Positions 48,432-58,826 of a stretch of DNA of 64,000 nt are shown piece by piece. The DNA is from Chitinophaga pinensis. GTDB taxonomy: Bacteria; Bacteroidota; Bacteroidia; NS11-12g; UBA955. Position 1 is the first letter of the stretch, and each line of letters begins with the position of its first letter. The stretch covers positions 13,276 through 77,275 of the forward strand of contig CAMDAF010000009.1 of assembly GCA_945888525.1 (NCBI GenBank). Reading direction: 5' to 3'. Below the pieces are notes generated by a model, which worked only from the letters and a program-made list of their open reading frames with translations, was not told the DNA's origin and ran no database searches. A program made the position numbers and the translations under genes.

Positions 48432-50933
48432 ATGATAAAAAGCTTTTTAACCATATTTACCGCTTTGTTTTTTTGCGCTAAGGCAACTGCTCAAGTGCCT
48501 TCTTCAGAAATTCTGCAATCGCTACAAGAACTCAATACCCTTGGAAGTGTCTTGTATGTTGCGGCGCATCCCGACGATGAAAATACACGTTTGCTGGCTT
48601 ATTTGGCCAAAGAACGCCACATGCGCACCGCTTATCTTTCGATTACCCGTGGCGATGGAGGGCAAAATTTAATTGGCAGCGAGCAAGGTGAAATTTTGGG
48701 ACTTATTCGCACCGAAGAACTCTTAGCTGCCCGTCGTGTTGATGGCGCTGAACAATGGTTTACCCGCGCCAACGATTTTGGTTACTCTAAAAACCCTGAG
48801 GAAACCTTTCGTTTTTGGAACAAAGACAGTGTCTTGGCTGATGTGGTTTATGCCATTCGAAAATTCAGACCCGATGTCATCATTTGCCGTTTCCCAACAA
48901 CGGGTGAAGGTGGGCATGGACACCATACTGCTTCGGCAATTTTGGCCCTCGAAGCTTTTTCTCTGGCGGCCGATCCAAGCAAGTTCCCTGAACAACTCAA
49001 ATATGTTCAAGTATGGCAAGCCAAAAGGGTGTTTTGGAATACCTTTAATTTTGGAGGCACCAATACCACAGCGCCTAATCAGTTAAAAATTGATGTCGGT
49101 GTATACAATGCCTTATTGGGTAAAAGCTATGGCGAAATTGCAGCCCGTAGCCGCAGCATGCACAAAAGCCAAGGCTTTGGCTCTGCCATGCAAAGGGGTT
49201 CCCAATTGGAATATTTCAAATTGTTAAAAGGAGACAGCGTGCAAAACGATTTGTTTGATGGCATCATTACGAGCTGGAACCGCTTGCCCAATGTGTCAAA
49301 AATTGGCAAGCAATTACAAGCCTGTATAAACACCTTCGATGCCATGTATCCGGAAAATAGTTTAAAGGCCTTGGCGAAATTGTACAATGAAATTTCTGCT
49401 CTACCCGAAAACGATGAAAACACAGCTTGGTGGAAAAAACAAAAATTGAAAGCACTGCAAAATATCATGCTACAAGCTGCAGGTGTTTTTGCAGAAACAG
49501 TGAGCAAGGACTTCGCGCTTATTCCAGGTCGCAACATCGATTTGAGTACCCAAATACTCATGCGCAATAAAACCAATGTGGTTTTAGAATCAATTAATTT
49601 GCTCAATATGGCAGATACCTCAGCCGCCATGGCTTTGAAGCAAAATCAAAATTTTTATTTCAAACGTTCGTTTATACTACCCTCAACTTATACCTATTCA
49701 AACCCTTATTGGTTAGATGTTCCCCACAGCAATGGTTTGTACTCTGTAGCCAATCAGTCTGATAGAGGAAAACCCCAAAACGATGGTCTGCCAGTTTACA
49801 TCACTTGGATCATTGAAGGGATTAAGTTTACCCAAACTACAGACATCAAATACAAGTCGACCGACCCCGTAAAGGGCGAGGTGTACCGTCCGGTAGAGGT
49901 ATTGCCTTTGGTAACAGTTACCCCTGTTGAAAATATTTTAATGGTGAATAATCAAGACCCAAAACATGTGTTTTTTATGGTAAAAGCCAATGCCGACAAT
50001 GTAAAAGGCAAACTCGAATTGTCTGTTGAAGGCAATGCCATTTCAGGTTGGCAATGGGCCTATTCTTGGGTGAATTCAGGAGATTTTAATTTGGCAAAAA
50101 AAGGTGATGAGCAAATCATGGAAGCGGTTTTGAACCCGCCTGCAACTTCCGATAGCCATCGGGATGTTAAAGCAACTGCCATTGCTGACAATGCACGTTT
50201 TTCTCAAGGTATAAAGCGCATCAGTTACGACCATATCCCTTACCGTTTTGTCTTAAATGATGCCAAAATAAAGGTTCAGACAGTCGATGTGAAATTGGTT
50301 GGTAAAAACATTGGCTATATTCCGGGGGCTGGCGACAATGTTGCAGCCTGCTTGAAACAGTTGGGTTATCAAGTAACTGAATTGAGCAACGAGCAATTAA
50401 AGAATTCCAATCTTTCGGTGTATGATGCCATTATCACTGGCGTTAGGGCATACAACACCAACGAGCAATTGCCTTTGGCGCAAAAGCAGTTGATGGACTA
50501 TGTTAAAAATGGTGGCCGTTTATTGGTACAATACAACACCAACTCGCGTGTTGGACCTTTGCAAGCAGGCATTGGGCCGTATAAATTTACCATCTCGCGC
50601 AACCGTGTTACAGATGAACAAGCTGAAGTTTTGTTTGTCAACGACACTGCCAAGGTTTTGAATTACCCCAACCATATTGTGCAGGCTGATTTTAAACATT
50701 GGGTGCAAGAACGTGGAATTTATTTTGCCACCGACTTGGATTCTAATTACCAAACCGTATTTAAAATGAAAGACCCGAATGAAGAGTTGCAAAATGGAAG
50801 TCTCATAATGGCAAACTATGGCAAGGGTTACTTTGTGTACACTGGTTTGGCGTTTTTTAGACAATTGCCAGCGGGTGTGCCTGGGGCGTATAAACTTTTT
50901 GTCAACCTTATTTCACAGCCTTTAAAACCATAA
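48432..50933 (+). CDS. secreted PIG-L/LmbE-family deacetylase with large C-terminal extension (possibly class I glutamine amidotransferase-like/ThuA-like)
   Basis: Signal peptide. AAHPDDENTRL is the hallmark of PIG-L family deacetylases, together with HHTASA. Confidence 0.65.
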   Translation: MIKSFLTIFTALFFCAKATAQVPSSEILQSLQELNTLGSVLYVAAHPDDENTRLLAYLAKERHMRTAYLSITRGDGGQNLIGSEQGEILGLIRTEELLAARRVDGAEQWFTRANDFGYSKNPEETFRFWNKDSVLADVVYAIRKFRPDVIICRFPTTGEGGHGHHTASAILALEAFSLAADPSKFPEQLKYVQVWQAKRVFWNTFNFGGTNTTAPNQLKIDVGVYNALLGKSYGEIAARSRSMHKSQGFGSAMQRGSQLEYFKLLKGDSVQNDLFDGIITSWNRLPNVSKIGKQLQACINTFDAMYPENSLKALAKLYNEISALPENDENTAWWKKQKLKALQNIMLQAAGVFAETVSKDFALIPGRNIDLSTQILMRNKTNVVLESINLLNMADTSAAMALKQNQNFYFKRSFILPSTYTYSNPYWLDVPHSNGLYSVANQSDRGKPQNDGLPVYITWIIEGIKFTQTTDIKYKSTDPVKGEVYRPVEVLPLVTVTPVENILMVNNQDPKHVFFMVKANADNVKGKLELSVEGNAISGWQWAYSWVNSGDFNLAKKGDEQIMEAVLNPPATSDSHRDVKATAIADNARFSQGIKRISYDHIPYRFVLNDAKIKVQTVDVKLVGKNIGYIPGAGDNVAACLKQLGYQVTELSNEQLKNSNLSVYDAIITGVRAYNTNEQLPLAQKQLMDYVKNGGRLLVQYNTNSRVGPLQAGIGPYKFTISRNRVTDEQAEVLFVNDTAKVLNYPNHIVQADFKHWVQERGIYFATDLDSNYQTVFKMKDPNEELQNGSLIMANYGKGYFVYTGLAFFRQLPAGVPGAYKLFVNLISQPLKP

Positions 50934-50936
50934 GCC

Positions 50937-51056
50937 ATGCACAAAGACGAATCGCCAGAGAGCTTGCGCACTTGGAATAAAATCTACCTAGGTTTGATTC
51001 TCTCGCTTATAGTTTTTATTACCTTGTTGTACTTTTTTACCCAACATTTCAAATGA
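50937..51056 (+). CDS. small membrane ORF (39 aa, below the ORF-track cutoff) translationally coupled to the symporter
   Basis: MHKDESPESLRTWNKIYLGLILSLIVFITLLYFFTQHFK* has one TM helix. It starts 3 nt after the PIG-L stop, and its TGA overlaps the transporter ATG (ATGA at 51053-51056). Confidence 0.4.
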   Translation: MHKDESPESLRTWNKIYLGLILSLIVFITLLYFFTQHFK

Positions 51057-52750
51057 ATTGGATCGATTGGTTGGTCTTGGTATTTACCCTAGTTGGGATT
51101 ATAGGATTTGGCGTTTGGAAAAGCCGCCACACTAAAAACATTGAGGGGTATTTGTTGGCAGACCGTCAGATGCCTTGGTACCATATCGGTTTGTCTGTAA
51201 TGGCAACCCAGGCCTCGGCTATTACGTTTCTTTCGGGGCCTGGACAAGGGTTTACAGACGGTATGCGTTTTATACAAATGTACTTTGGCTTGCCTTTGGT
51301 TACCGTTGTTTTATGTGTCACCTTTGTGCCCAAGTTTCAAAAACTGAATGTCTACACGGCATACGAGTATTTAGAAAAACGCTTCGACAATAAAACCCGA
51401 ACCTTTACCGCCTTGTTGTTTCTTATCCAAAGGGGGATTTCAACGGGTATAACCATATACGCACCAGCCATTATCTTGTCAACCATCTTGGGTATAGACA
51501 TCAAGTTTACTGTTTTTTTTATGGGTGTATTGGTAATTGCTTATACCGTTTATGGCGGTAGTAAGGCAATTTCATTCACCCAAGTTTTGCAAATGGGCAT
51601 TATCTTTTCAGGATTGTTTATTGCCGCCTATATGGTGGTGCATCTAATGCCCGAGGATGTCAGCTTTGTTGATGCCATGCATGTGGCAGGTAAAATGGAC
51701 AAACTAAATGCAGTAGACACGAAGTTCGATTTAAACAACAAATACAATTTGTGGTCGGGCATTATCGGCGGATTCTTTTTGCACCTTTCATATTTTGGCA
51801 CCGACCAATCGCAGGTAGGGCGTTACCTCACGGGTAGCACGGTTAACCAAAGCCGTTTGGGCTTGTTGATGAATGGCTTGGTGAAAATCCCCATGCAGTT
51901 TATCATCTTGTTAATCGGCACCATGGTGTTTGCCTTTTACCAGTTTAATCCCATGCCAATGTTCTTCAACAAGGTGGAGGTAAACCGTATTGAAAACAGC
52001 ATTTACAAGGACGAATACAAGGCCCTGAATTCAGAATTTATTGCGGCCAATGAGGCTAAAAAAATAGAAGTACATGATTTGGTGACGGCCATACATGCCA
52101 AAGATGAAGCGAAAATAGATCAGGCCAGAATACGTGTTAAAGCCGCAGAGGCTAAGAGTATGGCGATTAAGAAAAAGGCCACCGAATTGATGAGTAAAAA
52201 CAATGTCGATGCCGATGTCAACGATAGCAACTATGTGTTTTTAATCTTTGTAACCGAGAATTTGCCAGTAGGGGTGGTGGGCTTATTAATTGCCGTTATC
52301 TTTTTGGCCAGTATGGGCGCAACCGCCAGTGGCATCAATGCTTTGGCATCTACAACCGTGGTCGATTTTTACAAACGGATTTTTAATAAAACGGGCAGCG
52401 ATCAAACGTATTTGAATGCCTCACGTTGGTCTAGCTTTGTGTGGGGTGTGTTTTGCATCATCGTGGCATTGTATGCCAGTAAAATTGGAAACTTAATTGA
52501 AGCCGTGAACATACTAGGATCTTTGTTTTACGGAACCATTTTAGGCGTTTTTATTGTGGCGTTTTATATGAAAAAGGTAGGCGGCAGGGCTGTGTTTATA
52601 TCCGCCATAATTGGCGAAGCCTTTTTAATTTTCGCATGGGTAACTGAGCTAACGGCCTTTTTATGGCTAAACGTAATGGGCTGTTTGTTGGTCTTGATTT
52701 TGGCTTATTGCATAGAAAAAATCTGGCCTGAGAAGATAGCAGTGAATTAA
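51053..52750 (+). CDS. sodium:solute symporter family (SSF) transporter with ~90-aa cytoplasmic coiled-coil insertion
   Basis: N-terminal TM1 followed by ...YLLADRQMPWY... (SSF signature region). 13-14 TM helices. Between TMs there is a charged Lys/Ala/Glu-rich insert (…KVEVNRIENSIYKDEYKALNSEFIAANEAKKIEVHDLVTAIHAKDEAKIDQARIRVKAAEAKSMAIKKKATELMSKNN…). Confidence 0.8.
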   Translation: MNWIDWLVLVFTLVGIIGFGVWKSRHTKNIEGYLLADRQMPWYHIGLSVMATQASAITFLSGPGQGFTDGMRFIQMYFGLPLVTVVLCVTFVPKFQKLNVYTAYEYLEKRFDNKTRTFTALLFLIQRGISTGITIYAPAIILSTILGIDIKFTVFFMGVLVIAYTVYGGSKAISFTQVLQMGIIFSGLFIAAYMVVHLMPEDVSFVDAMHVAGKMDKLNAVDTKFDLNNKYNLWSGIIGGFFLHLSYFGTDQSQVGRYLTGSTVNQSRLGLLMNGLVKIPMQFIILLIGTMVFAFYQFNPMPMFFNKVEVNRIENSIYKDEYKALNSEFIAANEAKKIEVHDLVTAIHAKDEAKIDQARIRVKAAEAKSMAIKKKATELMSKNNVDADVNDSNYVFLIFVTENLPVGVVGLLIAVIFLASMGATASGINALASTTVVDFYKRIFNKTGSDQTYLNASRWSSFVWGVFCIIVALYASKIGNLIEAVNILGSLFYGTILGVFIVAFYMKKVGGRAVFISAIIGEAFLIFAWVTELTAFLWLNVMGCLLVLILAYCIEKIWPEKIAVN

Positions 52751-52755
52751 TAAAA

Positions 52756-52790
52756 AAAGCCCACCCAAAAATATTGGGCGGGCTTTTTAA
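52756..52790. terminator. bidirectional rho-independent terminator between convergent genes
   Basis: AAAAAAAGCCCACCC-aaaaatatt-GGGCGGGCTTTTT. Confidence 0.55.
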
Positions 52791-52804
52791 TGTGAAGTAG
52801 ATTT

Positions 52805-53662
52805 CTATTTTAATTTGTTGATTTCAATCAAAAGGTTTTCACCGTTTTTAATGTAAGCATCATCTTTGTCTGCTTTAGCCATTTCGATTACTTTTTCAGC
52901 AGATGCTTTTGCCGCTGCCTTGTCTTTTAATTTCAATTCAATTTTTGCTTTTAACAATACCACCCAGTATGCTTTTGGATTTTGCTCTACCGCTTTGTTT
53001 ACCCATTCCAAAGCCAATTTCATGTCTTTGTTGTTGTCGTAGTAATAAGAAGCTGCTTGGTAGTATGGTTTGTTGTCTTTGTTAATCGCTTTGTCAATTG
53101 CTGCCATAATGCTGGCGTCAATATCAGCCGTTACGTTGAATGCTGCACGGGTGTTTTCCCAGGTCAATTCAATGTTGGCACTTGTTGCAGCAATGTCAGC
53201 CACATTCATGGTAAAGGTTTCAACTTTCTCAGTCACTTTGCTCGATTTAACTGCGAAACGAATCAATTCGTTTTCCGCGCTGTAATTGGCAACATCGCCA
53301 CCCAATTTCAAGTCTTTGTACAACATAAATGTAAAGCTGTCTTTTCCAGGAATGCTGTATAAAGCGTAAGTACCTGCTTTAACTGCTTTGCCTTCTACTT
53401 TAACATCTTCACCAAAGGTGATTTTTGTTGAACCGTTTGCGCCTGTTCTCCATACTTTGCCAAATGGCACCACATCGCCATAAACCGCTCTGCCGCGGGC
53501 ACTGGGACGTGAATATTCAATGGTGATTTCTGATAATGCGAAATTTTGTTTTAAGGTTTGTAAAGGACTCGGCGCCGGTACTTTTACTGTTTGTGCCTGA
53601 GAAATGAAAGCCATGGCTAAGGCCATTAAACTTAAGCTGAATTTTTTGATGGTTTGTTTCAT
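52805..53662 (-). CDS. secreted DUF2911-like protein with C-terminal TPR-like helical region
   Basis: Signal peptide MKQTIKKFSLSLMALAMAFISQAQ. Conserved-looking segment ...RGRAVYGDVVPFGKVWRTGANGSTKITF.... Confidence 0.45.
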   Translation of the reverse strand: MKQTIKKFSLSLMALAMAFISQAQTVKVPAPSPLQTLKQNFALSEITIEYSRPSARGRAVYGDVVPFGKVWRTGANGSTKITFGEDVKVEGKAVKAGTYALYSIPGKDSFTFMLYKDLKLGGDVANYSAENELIRFAVKSSKVTEKVETFTMNVADIAATSANIELTWENTRAAFNVTADIDASIMAAIDKAINKDNKPYYQAASYYYDNNKDMKLALEWVNKAVEQNPKAYWVVLLKAKIELKLKDKAAAKASAEKVIEMAKADKDDAYIKNGENLLIEINKLK

Positions 53663-53703
53663 GTTGGATATGTTTTCTAACAGTTTTAGATGAATTATGT
53701 TTT

Positions 53704-56316
53704 TTAAAATAATGTTTTTTGTCCGTCTAATTCGTCAATAACGATGGTGTCTGCAGGGCTTATGCTGTTTTCTTCTTTAATTGGCTCTTCTTGCACCCAA
53801 GCGCCTACTTTGTCACTAATTAGCTTCGCCGATTTGAAAGTGTCGTAAGTGATTTTATTGCCAATGGCCTTCCAGCCTTTTACTTCAATAAAGTCTGCCA
53901 ATTTTAACATTTCGGTTTTCTTCTCGCCCTTAGCACCTAAGGTTTTAATTTCCACTTCAGGATTTTCGTGGGTTGAAGCCAAGATCAATTTGCTGCTTGG
54001 ACGTTCGTTGATGAATAAGAACTTCTTGCCAGTGGTGGTGGTTTCTACCAAGAAACGTTTGGCGTAATAATTCTTAGATGACACATCGTAGTGTATGCAA
54101 TTTATCGGCTGCTTCTCGTGGAATTTTTGAATCAAGAAGATGTCGTTGTTTTCGTAACGGTTGGTTAACTCGTTGTCGGTTAACTCATAGCTGCCGTCGT
54201 TTAGTATCAGCAATATCTTGTCTTCGCTCGTAAAGTTGCCTAGGTATTGCCCACGGTTGTCTACGTTCAATCTTCCAATATCAGAGTCGTACCAGATATC
54301 CCTGCCCTTAAAGGTCGATTTGCCTTTTTCTTTCAATTCGATTTTGCGAATTGGATGTTTGGTTAGAGTGTTTCCTTTTGACGCACGGCCTTTGATTTCC
54401 AAACTGGTAAAATCGTAGTCAAAATATTTAATCTTGGCACTGGCCATATTGCTCAGGTGAATGCCGATTTTCTCTGCTTCACTGTTGTTGTTGGCCGAGA
54501 AATACAACATTTTACTGCCAGTAGTTCCCAATGAAACATCGTAATCTTTGTCGCGGATTACCCCCAAAACATTGAAACGTTTCACATAACTCACCCCGGT
54601 TTTCCCATCGTAGTAGGCCACGTTGTATACCTTGCGCTCGTCGTTTTTACGGTACACATCAACATACAAGAGGTCTTTGCCCATGAATTGTTTTTCAGAA
54701 ACCTTACTCACCAAATAGGTGCCATCTTTTCTGAATGCTATCACATCGTCGATGTCAGAACAATCGCAGATATAGGCATCTTTTTTCAATCCGTAACCCA
54801 CAAAACCTTCGGCGTAATTGGCGTATAGTTTTTCGTTTGCCACCGCCACCACATTGGTTTCAATTTTGTCGAACAACCTAACCTCTGTTTTACGTTCGCG
54901 GCCTTTACCGTATTTCTTTATTAAGTTTTTGAAATAGTCTATGGCAAAATCGGTTAAGTTGTCGAGGTGGTGCTGAACTTGTTTGATTTGATCCACTAGG
55001 CCGCTAATGTATTCATCGGCCTTGAATGCATCGTATTTAGAAATGCGTTTGATCCTGATTTCAGGCAAGCGGGCAATGTCTTCCATGGTCACTTCACGGC
55101 GCAACAGTTTTTTAAACGGCCTGATTTTCTTGTCTATCATTTGCAAAATCTCATCCCAAGTTTCGCATTCTTCAATGCTTAGGTAGATTTTGTTTTCTAT
55201 AAAAATTTTCTCTAATGAACTGAAATGCCATTTGTTTTCCAAATGTTTCAATTCATTTTCAAGTTCTGTTTTTAATAAGTGAAGGGTATTGTCGGTAGAC
55301 AATTTTAACATGTCGTTAACCCCTAAGAACAAAGGCTTATCTTCAACAATCACGCAGGCATTTGGAGAAATACTGACTTCGCAATCGGTAAAGGCATACA
55401 AGGCATCGATGGTCATATCGGTGCTCACTCCCGGTGTTAACTGCACTTCAATTTCCACATCGCGCGCTGTGTTGTCAATAACCTTTTTAACCTTTATTTT
55501 GCCATTGTCATTTGCCTTTAAAATGCTGTCGATTAAGCTTTCAGTGGTGGTCCCAAAAGGAATTTCTTTAATTAAGACTTTCTTTCCATCGGCTGATTCT
55601 ATTTTTGCTCGGCAACGGATTTTTCCGCCTCTTCGGCCTTCATTGTAGTTTGTAAAATCGGCCATACCTCCGGTTAAAAAGTCGGGGTACAAATTGGTGC
55701 GTTTGCCTTTTAATACATCAATACTGGCTTCACACAATTCAATAAAGTTGTGCGGCATAATTTTAGTGGCCAAACCAACCGCAATGCCTTCAACCCCTTG
55801 GGCCAAAATAAGTGGAAACTTAACAGGTAAATTTACTGGTTCACGTTTTCTGCCGTCATAGCTTATTTGCCAAGTGGTGGTTTCCTCGTTAAAAGTGACC
55901 TCCAAAGCGAATTTTGACAAACGTGCTTCAATGTAACGCGATGCAGCTGCTCTGTCGCCAGTTCTTACATCACCCCAATTACCTTGAGTTTCTATCATTA
56001 AGTCTTTCTGACCGAGGTTAACAATGGCCTCGCCAATTGCCGCATCACCATGGGGGTGGTATTGCATGGCGGAACCGATAATGTTTGCAACCTTATTAAA
56101 TCGCCCATCGTCCATTTCCTTCATCACATGAAGGATACGGCGTTGAACGGGTTTTAAACCGTCGTATAGGTTTGGAACTGCACGCTCTAAAATAACGTAA
56201 CTGGCATATTCTAAAAACCAGTTTTCGTACAAGCCCGATACTGGCAATACTTCATTGCCATCACGGTGACCGTGGTGCACTATCCCGTCGTTTATTTCTT
56301 CTTCGTTTTCCATCAT
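53704..56316 (-). CDS. parC: type IIA topoisomerase subunit A (topoisomerase IV ParC-like; alternatively GyrA)
   Basis: ILERAVPNLYDGLKPVQRRILHVM and QYHPHGD. 870 aa. Translationally coupled (ATGA) to the upstream B subunit, the arrangement typical of topo IV in Bacteroidota. Confidence 0.75.
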   Translation of the reverse strand: MMENEEEINDGIVHHGHRDGNEVLPVSGLYENWFLEYASYVILERAVPNLYDGLKPVQRRILHVMKEMDDGRFNKVANIIGSAMQYHPHGDAAIGEAIVNLGQKDLMIETQGNWGDVRTGDRAAASRYIEARLSKFALEVTFNEETTTWQISYDGRKREPVNLPVKFPLILAQGVEGIAVGLATKIMPHNFIELCEASIDVLKGKRTNLYPDFLTGGMADFTNYNEGRRGGKIRCRAKIESADGKKVLIKEIPFGTTTESLIDSILKANDNGKIKVKKVIDNTARDVEIEVQLTPGVSTDMTIDALYAFTDCEVSISPNACVIVEDKPLFLGVNDMLKLSTDNTLHLLKTELENELKHLENKWHFSSLEKIFIENKIYLSIEECETWDEILQMIDKKIRPFKKLLRREVTMEDIARLPEIRIKRISKYDAFKADEYISGLVDQIKQVQHHLDNLTDFAIDYFKNLIKKYGKGRERKTEVRLFDKIETNVVAVANEKLYANYAEGFVGYGLKKDAYICDCSDIDDVIAFRKDGTYLVSKVSEKQFMGKDLLYVDVYRKNDERKVYNVAYYDGKTGVSYVKRFNVLGVIRDKDYDVSLGTTGSKMLYFSANNNSEAEKIGIHLSNMASAKIKYFDYDFTSLEIKGRASKGNTLTKHPIRKIELKEKGKSTFKGRDIWYDSDIGRLNVDNRGQYLGNFTSEDKILLILNDGSYELTDNELTNRYENNDIFLIQKFHEKQPINCIHYDVSSKNYYAKRFLVETTTTGKKFLFINERPSSKLILASTHENPEVEIKTLGAKGEKKTEMLKLADFIEVKGWKAIGNKITYDTFKSAKLISDKVGAWVQEEPIKEENSISPADTIVIDELDGQKTLF

Positions 56317-58208
56317 TAAACTGCTTCTTCTTCTTCAGGTTCTAACTCAACCACTTTTTCTTCGGTGGTGATGTCTTTTTCTATGTATAAATTATCGATA
56401 ATAAACTCTTGTCTTTCGGGGGTATTTTTGCCCATGTAGTATTTCAAAAGTTTTTCGATGCTGGTTTCCTTGGTTAAGATAATAGGCTCTAATCGCATTT
56501 CTTCACCAATAAAGGCTTCGAATTCGCCTGGAGATATTTCACCCAATCCTTTAAATCGGGTAATCTCTGGTTTGTTGCCCAATTTCATAATGGCCCTTTG
56601 GCGCTCTTCGTCGCTGTAACAATAAATGGTTTCTTTTTTGTTTCTCACCCTAAACAAAGGCGTTTGTAAAATGTACACGTGTCCATTTCTTACCAAGTCT
56701 GGGAAAAACTGTAAAAAGAAAGTCATCAACAACAAACGGATGTGCATACCATCTACGTCGGCATCGGTGGCAATTACCACTTTGTTGAATCTCAAATTGT
56801 CCAAGCCTTCTTCAATGTCTAAAGCGTGTTGCAGCAAGTTGAACTCTTCATTCTCATACACAACTTTCTTTTTTAGACCATAGCAGTTAAGCGGTTTACC
56901 ACGCAAACTAAACACCGCTTGGTACTCGACGTTTCTACTTTTGGTTATACTTCCACTTGCAGAGTCTCCCTCAGTGATAAATATGGTGGTGTCAAACTTT
57001 TCGTCTTTGTTGTCGCCAAAATGTGTACGGCAATCGCGCAGCTTTTTGTTGTGCAGATTTGCTTTCTTAGCCCTTTGCTGCGCCAGTTTACGCACGCCTG
57101 CCATATCTTTGCGTTCGCGCTCGTTTTGAAGAATTTTCTTTAAAATGGCATCTGCGGTGGCTGGGTTTTTGTGCAAGAAATTGTCCATTACCTTCATGAG
57201 GTTTTCACTCACAAAAGAACGCATGCCTTGTCCACCTGGAGCCATCTCGGTACTACCAAGTTTGGTTTTGGTCTGCGATTCAAACACCGGCTCTTGCACC
57301 CTAACCGCTATGGCTGCGGAAATGGAGGTTCGAACATCTGAGGCATCAAAATCTTTTTTATAAAATTCGCGAATGGTTTTTACCACCGCTTCTTTAAAAG
57401 CACTTAAGTGGGTTCCACCTTGTGTGGTGTATTGTCCGTTAACGAAAGAATAGTATTCTTCACCGTATTGGTGTCCGTGGGTTAAAGCCACTTCAAAATC
57501 GTTTTCTCTGAAGTGCATTATAGGATACAAAACCGTTTCTGTATCTACCTTGCGCTCCAAAAGATCTTTTAATCCATTCTTGGAAAAATAAGCTTGACCG
57601 TTGAATTGTAAGGTAAGACCAGAGTTCAAGAACGCATAGTTCCACATTTGTTCGATTAGGAACTCGGGTATATAACGGTAGTTTTTAAAAATTGAATTGT
57701 CTGGTTCAAACACCATCATGGTTCCATCCTTTTGAGATGTTGTGGTTTCAGGATAATCTTTTAGCAATTCACCTTTTGCAAATTCAGCTTTTTTGGTTTT
57801 GCCATCGCGGAACGATTGCACACAGAAATAAGAGGAGAGGGCGTTTACAGCCTTAGTACCCACACCATTCAAGCCAACCGATTTTTGGAAGGCGCCAGAA
57901 TCGTATTTTCCCCCGGTGTTGATCTTGCTCACGCAATCAATTACCTTACCCAATGGAATGCCACGGCCATAATCTCGAACTTCCACTTTGTTGTCAGAAA
58001 TGTTAATTTCGATTTTTTTACCATGTCCCATCATGTGCTCGTCAATACTGTTGTCGAGTATTTCTTTTACCAGTACATATATACCGTCATCTGCCGATGC
58101 GCCGTCGCCCAGCTTGCCGATATACATCCCTGGACGCATCCGAATATGCTCTTTCCAATCAAGCGACCGAATGCTGTCTTCGGAATATGTTGTGTCCTTA
58201 ATTGCCAT
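56316..58208 (-). CDS. parE: type IIA topoisomerase subunit B (topoisomerase IV ParE-like; alternatively GyrB)
   Basis: GHKL ATPase motifs (...[12 protein letters not shown]..., ...[14 protein letters not shown]...). TOPRIM motif ...[11 protein letters not shown].... 630 aa. Confidence 0.75.
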   Translation of the reverse strand: MAIKDTTYSEDSIRSLDWKEHIRMRPGMYIGKLGDGASADDGIYVLVKEILDNSIDEHMMGHGKKIEINISDNKVEVRDYGRGIPLGKVIDCVSKINTGGKYDSGAFQKSVGLNGVGTKAVNALSSYFCVQSFRDGKTKKAEFAKGELLKDYPETTTSQKDGTMMVFEPDNSIFKNYRYIPEFLIEQMWNYAFLNSGLTLQFNGQAYFSKNGLKDLLERKVDTETVLYPIMHFRENDFEVALTHGHQYGEEYYSFVNGQYTTQGGTHLSAFKEAVVKTIREFYKKDFDASDVRTSISAAIAVRVQEPVFESQTKTKLGSTEMAPGGQGMRSFVSENLMKVMDNFLHKNPATADAILKKILQNERERKDMAGVRKLAQQRAKKANLHNKKLRDCRTHFGDNKDEKFDTTIFITEGDSASGSITKSRNVEYQAVFSLRGKPLNCYGLKKKVVYENEEFNLLQHALDIEEGLDNLRFNKVVIATDADVDGMHIRLLLMTFFLQFFPDLVRNGHVYILQTPLFRVRNKKETIYCYSDEERQRAIMKLGNKPEITRFKGLGEISPGEFEAFIGEEMRLEPIILTKETSIEKLLKYYMGKNTPERQEFIIDNLYIEKDITTEEKVVELEPEEEEAV

Positions 58209-58495
58209 AAAACTTTAAAGAGCGAAAATAAGTCCACATCCAATACTGTTATTTACAACCTCAAGGTTTTTATAAACAATTAAAGCAGATTTTGGTTTAA
58301 TTTTTTATCGAGGCGTCATTTATTCAAATAAATATTCAAAACAATTTTTTAGATAAATTGGCTTGTTTATGCTTGTATTTGTTGGTGTTAAGCTGCTGTA
58401 ATTGGCCCATTAGCAAACAAATATCAAAGATTGTTCAATATTTTTTTGTAAGAACAATATTTATTCTTATTTTTGCACTCCCAAAAAGAAATATA

Positions 58496-58744
58496 ATGAA
58501 AGAAGGTATACATCCATCGAACTATCGTTTTGTCATTTTCAAAGACCTAAGCAGTGATTACTCATTTTTAACACGTAGTTGTGTTGATACAAAAGAAACT
58601 GCTAAATGGGAAGACGGAACCGAATATCCTATTTATAAGTTGGAGATATCAGATAAAAGCCATCCTTTCTTCACCGGAAAACAAACCTTGGTGGATACAG
58701 CTGGTAGAATCGATAAATTCCGTCAACGTTACGTTAAAAAATAA
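58496..58744 (+). CDS. rpmE: 50S ribosomal protein L31 (true start internal to the listed ORF 58358-58744)
   Basis: [82 protein letters not shown] matches L31 (...KxGIHP.Y..V.F...S...HPFYTGKQ...GR...F...Y). Lacking the CxxC pair, it is the Zn-independent type. Confidence 0.85.
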   Translation: MKEGIHPSNYRFVIFKDLSSDYSFLTRSCVDTKETAKWEDGTEYPIYKLEISDKSHPFFTGKQTLVDTAGRIDKFRQRYVKK

Positions 58745-58764
58745 TTTAAATAAACGCTTTAGAA

Positions 58765-58792
58765 AGTCCCGATTCGTCGGGATTTTTTTTAT
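58765..58792. terminator. rho-independent terminator after rpmE
   Basis: AAGTCCCGA-ttcg-TCGGGA followed by a T8 run. Confidence 0.55.
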
Positions 58793-58826
58793 GTCTATTT
58801 TTTTACCTTATTTTGATGACTGAAAC

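Noticed and set aside
53704-58208. Calling the type IIA topoisomerase pair gyrB/gyrA
   Set aside because: The adjacent, translationally coupled B-then-A arrangement and the ~630-aa B subunit fit topoisomerase IV (parE-parC) in Bacteroidota, where gyrA and gyrB are usually unlinked. Assignment remains tentative without alignment.
58358-58495. N-terminal 46 codons of listed ORF 58358-58744 ([16 protein letters not shown]...)
   Set aside because: The upstream part is AT-rich and promoter-like. The conserved L31 sequence begins at the internal ATG at 58496.
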